Source: a virus (lineage: Duplodnaviria; Caudoviricetes). Taken from it: 43,341 bases of DNA. The notes under the pieces were generated by a model. It had not been told where the DNA came from, made no database searches, and was given only the letters and a program-made list of their open reading frames with translations. This document shows positions 35,818-43,341 of the stretch, one piece after another. The translations under genes and the position numbers were made by a program. The stretch covers positions 1 through 43,341 of IMG/VR virus record IMGVR_UViG_3300032266_001037. One strand, given 5' to 3'. How positions within the stretch are numbered: the first letter of the stretch is position 1; every line of letters begins with the position of its first letter.

Positions 35818-38800
35818 CAATAACAATAGATACAGCACAGGTTTGGTAAACATTGTAGGTAGGAATCGGTTATCTGGGTTACTTCCCAACCAACCTTCAA
35901 TGCCTGCACAACAAACCCCTATGCCTAGCGCGCCTACTCTACAGTATCCTCAGTTTGGAGAGATACCAGACACCACGGGACAATCCTATCAAGGTGTTTC
36001 AGACAGTCAACAGCGCGAATACAATGCCCAAGTTTCTATTGCTACGTCTGTAGGAGATAGGAAAAAAGCAGAGTACTTGGCGAAGGGCGCGCCCGAACGA
36101 CAGAGTAATCTAGCAGGTCTGTTTGGCACCTTATCCACAGTTGCACTTCAAGTTTACGCAAAACAGCAAGAGATACAGGCACAAAAGGCAGAGGTCAAAC
36201 AGGCAGAATTAGAACAACAGCAGGCACAAGGAAAGTTAGAGGCGCGCGCGTCTCTTGAACAACTGTTTACCGAAGCATCAGGAAATATTGCCCAATATGC
36301 TCAAGACAATGGTTCCTTTACAACAGAGAACGATGTTCGACAAGTACTACAGGAGTATTCATGGCTACCTCCTGATGTTCAAGAAGAGTTTTACCAATTT
36401 GCGGGAACACAACTAAGAGACATCACGCGCGCTACTGTTTCTAGACAAATGACAGCGGCAGATGAAGTACGGAACGCGACCATATCTGCGACAACAGCAG
36501 TCATACAAGGGAATCTATCAACGGTGTATGCGGCATTGTCTGATGGGAGGATGAATTCTCAACAAATCTCACAGACTATGGATGAGACTAACCAATGGTT
36601 AGCAACCCAGTTAAGGGATTATGACCCAACGGTTAGAATGCAAATTCTCGCGCCTATCTTAGAACATCTTGCGTCTACTTCTGAGAACGGTTCGATTGCC
36701 TATCAACAGGCAATGCAGAGGATGTCTGATTTGAACGCGGCATTCCAAGAAGTACAGCAGTATCGGGCACAAGGATTTGACCAGAATCCCCAACAGTGGC
36801 AACAAATTATGTGGTCATTGGAGGCTAAGTATCCAGGCGCATCAGGGTTACTCTCGCAGATACCTGATGCCTTAGATATCTACTCAAGTATGTCCACATT
36901 TCAAGGTCATGTCCGCGCGAATGCACAAGCGTTCTCGGATGAGCAATCCCGTGCGAGGGCAAATCAACAGGCAAACTATGACCAGATTGGCAGAGGCGCA
37001 GAAATCGCGTTCAATATGGTGCAGCCTGGGGTAGTGGGTGTTTCCCTCTATACCACCATTAATAACAAGAAACCTGAGGATAGAACACCTGAAGAGGCTA
37101 TTGCGCTTCAAATCTATCAACAGCATCAGACGCGCGTCTCTCAAATCTCTTCTCTGCAACAAGAACTGTCTACAGCAAACGGTAGGTTACTAGAGTTAAG
37201 AAGAAACTTTAATTCTGGAGATACCCCTAGGACTACTGTTGTTACTGACCCGATTACTCGGAGCGCTACCCTTGTTCCCGTTAGTGACCCTGACGGTAAT
37301 CCAGTCTATCCTACCGATGTTCCGAGTATTGAAGAGTACAATAACCTAGTGGAGCGTACCCTCCAGATACAAGCTGAGATAGATAATGTAATGCGCCAGA
37401 GTAACCAATCCGGCATTAACATTAATAATCCGGCAGATAGAACATTTCTGGATGGAATCCTACAAGAGACACAACAGCGACAACAGCAGTCTGATGTAAC
37501 CTCATCTATGCCTGGGGTATCAGGAGTGGCACAAACTAGGGCACCCATACCCACATCACCCCAAGGATACCTACAGAGGATGAGTGTACCGGGTTTTAAT
37601 TGGGGGATTGGTGAGCAGCCTCCAGGTTTCCCATCAGGTATTCCCCCAGTACAAACACTCGCGCGCGTGAATGATGCGTCATTTGGGTCAGTAGTGATGC
37701 CCATGACAGCAAACCATTCCCCCACCATTAACAGTGGCTATGGTGTCCGAACTTTGAACGGCGAGTCTAGAAACCATGACGGACTAGACATTGGTTCTCC
37801 TGATTTATATGACACGGATGTAGGAGCGGTATCTCCTAATGGTGGGTATGTTATTGCAGTTGAAGAACAAGAGGGTTATGGGGGCACTGTAATGGTTGTA
37901 ACCCCAGAAGGGTATGTAGAACAGTACAGTCATTTGCGCGCGTTTAATGTCCGCCCTGGTCAGATGGTATCTCCTGGTGAACCATTAGGAATCATTGGAG
38001 GTGACCCCAGTGACCCTATGGCAGGTCAAAGTACAGGTAGGCATCTCCATCTACAAATTTGGAATAAGGGCGTAGAGGACTTCACAGACCCCGCAAATAA
38101 CACGGTTGACCCAATGACCTATTTGGCGCACACCCAACAGTATGAATCCTCTCCATCAGGTGTAGGGAACATCAACACTAATTCTTATGGAACCAATTAT
38201 GTTCCAACCCCTAATACCGTGCCGCTCGGAAATGGTAACTTGATTATGGGAGTTGACCCAAACCAATTCCCAAGGTTAGCGTCACTCCTCAATAATCTAG
38301 ACATTCCCGCTACAGCAATGTATGCGCCTCCAGACCCTATGCCCCAAGGGTTATCCTCTGTACATCGGGAGGATTACCCTGTTCAGAATGACCCCAATAG
38401 AGATTATGGGTACGAACAAATTCGTTCTGACCCTGAGTTCGCGCGCGCGTTGGCAAGTGCAGGTGATGTGTTAGGTATTCCGGCACAATGGTTAGCAGAT
38501 GTGATTGCGTACGAGTCAGCGGGAACCTTTGACCCTGGAGTACAGGGAGTTGTCCTAGAGGATGGGGATTATGCGATTGGATTAATTCAAGCAATGGTGT
38601 CTACTTTAAATGGAATGGGACTAGACCCTAATGTGGTAGCAAACTACTCGCGCGCGGAGTATGTAAGAAACGTGATTATCCCTTATCTATCTCCATTCCA
38701 GGGTCAAATCAATAGTATCGAAGATTTATATCAATCAATATTCGCGGGGTATATTTCTGACCCATCAGACCGCGCGGGTTTATCTGATGGGTATAACACC

Positions 38801-38977
38801 TTTAGGGATATCGTAAGACAGTTTGGAAATGGAGTGGGACGGCGGTATCGAACTTCCTATGATGATTACCAGTCATCGTTATTCCATACCCATGAAACCT
38901 ATCAGTCTGAGTGCCCCATTTGTAATCAACAACGTACTCGGTACAATGCGATAATCCCTCATGAAGCAATAGCGTAG
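35810..38977 (+). CDS. Internal virion protein with M23 peptidase and lytic transglycosylase domains
   Basis: M23: HDGLDI, YSHL, STGRHLHLQ; SLT-like: VIAYES..FDP...AIGLIQ. Confidence 0.85.
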   Translation: MPNNNNRYSTGLVNIVGRNRLSGLLPNQPSMPAQQTPMPSAPTLQYPQFGEIPDTTGQSYQGVSDSQQREYNAQVSIATSVGDRKKAEYLAKGAPERQSNLAGLFGTLSTVALQVYAKQQEIQAQKAEVKQAELEQQQAQGKLEARASLEQLFTEASGNIAQYAQDNGSFTTENDVRQVLQEYSWLPPDVQEEFYQFAGTQLRDITRATVSRQMTAADEVRNATISATTAVIQGNLSTVYAALSDGRMNSQQISQTMDETNQWLATQLRDYDPTVRMQILAPILEHLASTSENGSIAYQQAMQRMSDLNAAFQEVQQYRAQGFDQNPQQWQQIMWSLEAKYPGASGLLSQIPDALDIYSSMSTFQGHVRANAQAFSDEQSRARANQQANYDQIGRGAEIAFNMVQPGVVGVSLYTTINNKKPEDRTPEEAIALQIYQQHQTRVSQISSLQQELSTANGRLLELRRNFNSGDTPRTTVVTDPITRSATLVPVSDPDGNPVYPTDVPSIEEYNNLVERTLQIQAEIDNVMRQSNQSGININNPADRTFLDGILQETQQRQQQSDVTSSMPGVSGVAQTRAPIPTSPQGYLQRMSVPGFNWGIGEQPPGFPSGIPPVQTLARVNDASFGSVVMPMTANHSPTINSGYGVRTLNGESRNHDGLDIGSPDLYDTDVGAVSPNGGYVIAVEEQEGYGGTVMVVTPEGYVEQYSHLRAFNVRPGQMVSPGEPLGIIGGDPSDPMAGQSTGRHLHLQIWNKGVEDFTDPANNTVDPMTYLAHTQQYESSPSGVGNINTNSYGTNYVPTPNTVPLGNGNLIMGVDPNQFPRLASLLNNLDIPATAMYAPPDPMPQGLSSVHREDYPVQNDPNRDYGYEQIRSDPEFARALASAGDVLGIPAQWLADVIAYESAGTFDPGVQGVVLEDGDYAIGLIQAMVSTLNGMGLDPNVVANYSRAEYVRNVIIPYLSPFQGQINSIEDLYQSIFAGYISDPSDRAGLSDGYNTFRDIVRQFGNGVGRRYRTSYDDYQSSLFHTHETYQSECPICNQQRTRYNAIIPHEAIA

Positions 38978-38983
38978 GTAAAT

Positions 38984-41900
38984 ATGGATAACATCGTCAC
39001 AGACACAAACGACCAACTGACATTGTCAGAGGACAGACCGAACATCACCAAAGGTCAATTGGAAGCACCGTCCCAATCCCCTAATATCGTCGGATTACCA
39101 GGAGAATTATCCCGATTATCGACAGAATCCACATCGCCACAAAATACGCAAATAGAACTTCCATCATCATCTTCTCCATTTATCCCGTCTACAACTGGGA
39201 TACCCCCATGGCTCATTGGGAATCCTAATGTCAATCCCGTGCCGTTGGATATCCCAAACTACTCTCTACGCGCGCTCCAACAAATTACTAATCCATCCGA
39301 AATTCCTCCACAACCTGAAACAACGAGAATCCTTCCTCCGCTCTACGCTACCCCTTCTACCCAACCTGCATCGAATAGCCATGTATCCGATACCATGCGG
39401 CTTTATACAGAGGACATTACACGTAGGCGCGCGTTCATGAACCGTCAGGGGTTAGCAGGATTGGTAGACAGACGACCCCTATATGATTCCCAATCTAATT
39501 CTATACCCAATGCCCCGATATCTGAATCTGTCCCGCGCTCATTAGATAATGCTGCCCAAGGACTATACCGAACACTAAACCAACGGCATGAGATACCTGA
39601 CCGTGGAATCTTGGGAAACATCGCAGAACAAACAGGTGATTTGCTCAATCTAGCAGGAGCAATTGTTCAAGATACTTGGGAAAACACCTTATCCTTATCC
39701 CCCCTTACAGGGCAGAACTATACCCGAACACAAAACGCTGGGATGAATTTCCTTGAGGATTTTGTCTCTCCCACAGATGAAAATGGAAATGAGTCTTTTG
39801 ACATTACGAGAGGTTACTTTGGTTCCCAAGGTAGAGGCGCGCTCGGTGCAGCAAACTATGTCCTATCTATGCCACAGAACATAGTAATGGCATCCATCTA
39901 CAGCACAGCGGATTTAGCACAAACCCTTGCATCAGGACTCACCTACACCAATGGAAACCTTGGTTATGATATGACCAACGTGCATAGTCCCGCGTCTAGT
40001 AATGAACTGTTCCATCGATACTCTCAGGTATTCGGAGGAGAAGACCTATCCTTTACGAATATGAGGGTAGCTGGGGATGACAACTACATGGCACTTATTC
40101 CCCAAGATGCACCCAGAGAACAACAATTACTTTGGGGCGCGGCAGGTTTTATACTGGATGTTCTTACTGGAGGTATCGTTGATTCTGGGGTAGATGCGTT
40201 TACATCCATCGTCAGACCTACCGTCCAAGGGCTAAGACAAGGAATGAATGTTCCAGAAGCAATCTCTTATGGTCAAAGGATTGCTAGAACCGCGCGAGAG
40301 GAAGTTGCACGACAGGTCATTCCATCATTTGGTACGTCATCCCCGACACGCCCTGAGAGTGCGGTGTCTGCTTCTCGGTTAGCAAATATCACCCCAGATG
40401 AATTCGCGCGCGAATTGTCCAACGAACCATTAGCCCCTGTTCCGTTACCTGAGTTTTATCAACGGTCGAATACCGAGTTACAACGCGCGGCTGATTACCT
40501 CGGCATACCCGATATGCCACCTATCAATACTCCTGATGACTTGTATCAGTATCAGTTGAATCACGGTGCAACTTTTTATAGGTATGGAGTTCCCGTAGAT
40601 GTAGATTTGGATATGGCAGTATTCGATAATAACCCAATTACACAAACACCCCACGGGTTAAATGAGGATACTGGGGTAATTGATGCCAGTATAATGCCCT
40701 CTGATGTTCAGTTAGATATGGATGCGTTTAATGATTCACCATTCGCGGCAATAAACGCGGTATCTCGTAGTACACCACCAACCCAATCACTAAATCAAAC
40801 CATTATCGGGTTAGTTCAAGATGCAAAAGAACCATTAAATATCGCTACTCTGCAAGAACAATTACCGGAAACGAGTACTAGAGAATTATTAGACGCGCTT
40901 GCTCACCTAGAACGAGATAGATTGATTACGTTTGGTGTTTCTGCTGAAGGCAAACCCTCTACTATACTCTTGGCTCCTCCATCAACCAGTAGTGATTTAA
41001 TCCTAGACTTTCTCAGAAACCAAGAACAACCAGACACCGCCCTTTTAGGGCGTGTCCCACCCACAATATCTGACATACAAGAACAGTACCCTAACATTCG
41101 TTCGGATGAATTGTATAACACTCTGAACCAATTGGAACAAGATAGACAGATTATGTTTACCCCTTCTACCGAAGGTAAACCCGCGCTTGTTTCCATCGTG
41201 CCAGAGATTCAAAGATTTGTAGAGGAGGCACAAGGTATTCGAGAGTTGGAACACTCAGTCATTGGACTACGTAACCAAATAGACGCAACCTTATTAGAAT
41301 CTGATAATGTTCTTCCGATAGGAAACATCGCAGATGAAATAAACACGCGCGCGGCTTACAATGAGACGACTCCGGGTACTCAAATCAAACCTATTACCCA
41401 ATTGGTTGAACAATCAGACACCCCAATCAACAAGGAACAGTATTACTATCATGGGACACGACAGCAAGGAGAGATACTCGGTACCATCGATTACAGAGAA
41501 GGGGGAGCGCATGAATATGGGGTTGGGTTGTACTTATCAGATGACCCTCACCAAGCGACAACGGCAGCAAACGCGGCACGATTACCAAACAATCCTATAC
41601 CCGGAACTACTCGGTTATCTGAGGACGGTACCGGAAGACTACTACAACTCAGTATTGAGAATGCTAGAACTTTTGAGATAAACGAGCCGATTAACCCAGA
41701 TATCTATGAGGAGTTTACACACACCATAGAAAATCTGATGGGGTCTAATGTTGCAGATGAATATTATCGAATTACGAATAGGAATTCAGATAGTCGTTCA
41801 CTCTGGTTATCCGCGCGCGTGGCTTATCGTAATGTTAATGGAAAAAACATTCCAGAATTGATGTACCATAACTTTTCTGTGAGTATGGCTCATACCTTAA

Positions 41901-42346
41901 GGAGAGACTATGGTTTTGATAGTATCTACGATGCACATCGGGGAATTACAGTAGGTCTTCCCCATCCCGTATCCGGTAGGGTGAGGGGAGTTACACTATC
42001 CGATGCTCCCGTTGGTGCAGTAGACAGAACACAATCGATTAGAAATAGGCAAGCGCTAATGGCACACCTATCTAAAGGCTTCTCCAGTGAACCACCGTCT
42101 GTCTATCAACATATTCGAGATATGGAAGTGCAAACCCGTCGAAGATTACTTAACTCCATTGCACAAGAAAACGTAGATGAATTGAACCGCGCGAATAAAC
42201 GGTTTAAGCCGAATGTCCCATTAACCACAGACATAGATAATAGTGAACGAGTTGTAGCCAATATTATCAATGACCCTGTTCCTTTTAGGGACAGCACTGA
42301 GTTTGAACAAATTTCTGAATTACCAATTGATTGGGAATGTATGTAA
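38984..42346 (+). CDS. Large internal virion protein with two winged-helix-like repeats and an ADP-ribosyltransferase-like domain
   Basis: YYHGT...YGVGLYLSDD...GFDSI; duplicated I.xLQEQ.P....EL...L..LE.DR.I.F..S.EGKP. Confidence 0.7.
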   Translation: MDNIVTDTNDQLTLSEDRPNITKGQLEAPSQSPNIVGLPGELSRLSTESTSPQNTQIELPSSSSPFIPSTTGIPPWLIGNPNVNPVPLDIPNYSLRALQQITNPSEIPPQPETTRILPPLYATPSTQPASNSHVSDTMRLYTEDITRRRAFMNRQGLAGLVDRRPLYDSQSNSIPNAPISESVPRSLDNAAQGLYRTLNQRHEIPDRGILGNIAEQTGDLLNLAGAIVQDTWENTLSLSPLTGQNYTRTQNAGMNFLEDFVSPTDENGNESFDITRGYFGSQGRGALGAANYVLSMPQNIVMASIYSTADLAQTLASGLTYTNGNLGYDMTNVHSPASSNELFHRYSQVFGGEDLSFTNMRVAGDDNYMALIPQDAPREQQLLWGAAGFILDVLTGGIVDSGVDAFTSIVRPTVQGLRQGMNVPEAISYGQRIARTAREEVARQVIPSFGTSSPTRPESAVSASRLANITPDEFARELSNEPLAPVPLPEFYQRSNTELQRAADYLGIPDMPPINTPDDLYQYQLNHGATFYRYGVPVDVDLDMAVFDNNPITQTPHGLNEDTGVIDASIMPSDVQLDMDAFNDSPFAAINAVSRSTPPTQSLNQTIIGLVQDAKEPLNIATLQEQLPETSTRELLDALAHLERDRLITFGVSAEGKPSTILLAPPSTSSDLILDFLRNQEQPDTALLGRVPPTISDIQEQYPNIRSDELYNTLNQLEQDRQIMFTPSTEGKPALVSIVPEIQRFVEEAQGIRELEHSVIGLRNQIDATLLESDNVLPIGNIADEINTRAAYNETTPGTQIKPITQLVEQSDTPINKEQYYYHGTRQQGEILGTIDYREGGAHEYGVGLYLSDDPHQATTAANAARLPNNPIPGTTRLSEDGTGRLLQLSIENARTFEINEPINPDIYEEFTHTIENLMGSNVADEYYRITNRNSDSRSLWLSARVAYRNVNGKNIPELMYHNFSVSMAHTLRRDYGFDSIYDAHRGITVGLPHPVSGRVRGVTLSDAPVGAVDRTQSIRNRQALMAHLSKGFSSEPPSVYQHIRDMEVQTRRRLLNSIAQENVDELNRANKRFKPNVPLTTDIDNSERVVANIINDPVPFRDSTEFEQISELPIDWECM

Positions 42347-43341
42347 TGACAAATCTATCTAAGATACTCAAGTGTAATATCCCTGAATTGAATGAGGATA
42401 ACCTTAACTCACTAGATATTACTTCCAATGAAACACCTACAGAGATAGAAGCGCGCGTCCTTCGACTGCAAGGAATCCTACAGAACGTATCAGTAGGACA
42501 GTCTCTAGGTAGAGAGTTATCGGTAAAGAACATTGAGGCAATCAATACCCAAAACATGATACGTGCTGGTAACACGGTACAATCCTCTGTCCTTAAACCT
42601 GGGAATGGGCGCGCGTTCTCAGATGTACTTGCACGGGATATGGCAATTGTCCAAACCTGGTTAGGAAATGGGGATGAATATACACAAGCGGGTTGGGTGA
42701 GAGAATCTCTTAATCGAGTTCAGCGTCTTTATCGTGGAGGTCTAAATGATGCGTTCCGTCGATACGGATTCTCTAGACACGTTGATGAGCTATACCGTGA
42801 CACTGTAGCCATGCTCAGAGGTAAAGGTCTGAGACAGTCCCAGATAGATATCATCACCTCTAATAGCTTGGAGAAGGGATTCTATAACACTATCCGTCAA
42901 TCCCAATACATTGCCCCTAGAGGCACGGCAATGATGGAGCAGGAATATAAAAGATTCCTGAATTCGTTGACGAGTACTTATGGTCTTACACCCCAAGAGG
43001 CACAGACTGTAATGCGCTCAGGAGAAATGGCAGCGAACGCATATAACCAACTCTCCTCTGTCGCACTAGATGCAGGACTAAGCGCGAATAGACCTTGGGA
43101 TAAAGTACCTTTTGGGCTTACCCCCAGCGTAAACCTTAGATTCAATTGGTTGTATGAGGATGAAAATACTATTCGTTGGAACACGGGCGCGTCTAGTCGG
43201 ACTGTAGATGCGTTTATTGCATCTAAGATTTCACCCCAACATATTGTTGAGGATGAAGTTCTGATGGATACAGTCATCCGCGCGCTAGGACAAGACAGTC
43301 ATAGTGACCCGCTGTATCACTACCGACAGGCTGTACCTGGG
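42346..43341 (+). CDS. N-terminal part of a large virion protein, 3'-truncated (missing from the ORF track)
   Basis: ATG overlaps the previous TAA; frame MTNLSKILKCNIPE... stays open for 332 codons to the window end. Confidence 0.8.
   Translation, partial: MTNLSKILKCNIPELNEDNLNSLDITSNETPTEIEARVLRLQGILQNVSVGQSLGRELSVKNIEAINTQNMIRAGNTVQSSVLKPGNGRAFSDVLARDMAIVQTWLGNGDEYTQAGWVRESLNRVQRLYRGGLNDAFRRYGFSRHVDELYRDTVAMLRGKGLRQSQIDIITSNSLEKGFYNTIRQSQYIAPRGTAMMEQEYKRFLNSLTSTYGLTPQEAQTVMRSGEMAANAYNQLSSVALDAGLSANRPWDKVPFGLTPSVNLRFNWLYEDENTIRWNTGASSRTVDAFIASKISPQHIVEDEVLMDTVIRALGQDSHSDPLYHYRQAVPG

Noticed and set aside
43321-43341. Direct circular join of the window ends
   Set aside because: No terminal overlap, and joining 43341 to 1 puts the two large ORF parts out of frame (stop at AAG TCG ATT TGA), so some sequence is probably missing.
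1-43341. T7-type single-subunit RNA polymerase, integrase, tRNA genes
   Set aside because: No matching motifs or cloverleaf seen; the gap between the window ends appears to fall inside a virion gene, but absence cannot be fully proven.

Overview
Near-complete, circularly permuted genome of a short-tailed (podovirus-type) dsDNA phage, very probably a cyanophage (NblA homologue, near-total GATC avoidance). The layout resembles the RNA-polymerase-less freshwater Phormidium/Plectonema/Anabaena podophages. The plus strand (21.9-43.3 kb, continuing at 1-2.2 kb) is the morphogenesis module: TerL, portal, scaffold, major capsid, tail tubular A/B and large ejection proteins with M23, lytic transglycosylase and ADP-ribosyltransferase-like domains. 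The minus strand holds three units: (i) replication/recombination at 2.3-11.8 kb (PolA, primase-helicase with a degenerate primase domain, endonuclease I, ERF, Cas4-like nuclease, ParB-like protein); (ii) small early genes at 12.9-15.4 kb; (iii) a plasmid-like accessory operon at 16.5-21.4 kb (ParM actin, RHH adaptor, DUF5664, NblA, membrane proteins, membrane FtsK/HerA-type ATPase, T5orf172, dcd). Most notable observations: a group I intron with a LAGLIDADG endonuclease splits the major capsid gene (FVP|EIWS); two inverted, paralogous non-coding modules (consensus sigma70 promoter, short terminated RNA, conserved-loop hairpin, iterons) sit at about 12.0-12.9 kb and 21.4-21.8 kb and may be RNA-primed origins compensating for the dead primase; and a ParMR plus membrane-translocase cassette suggests a phage-plasmid lifestyle. 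All protein calls come from motif recognition by eye, with no database searches.
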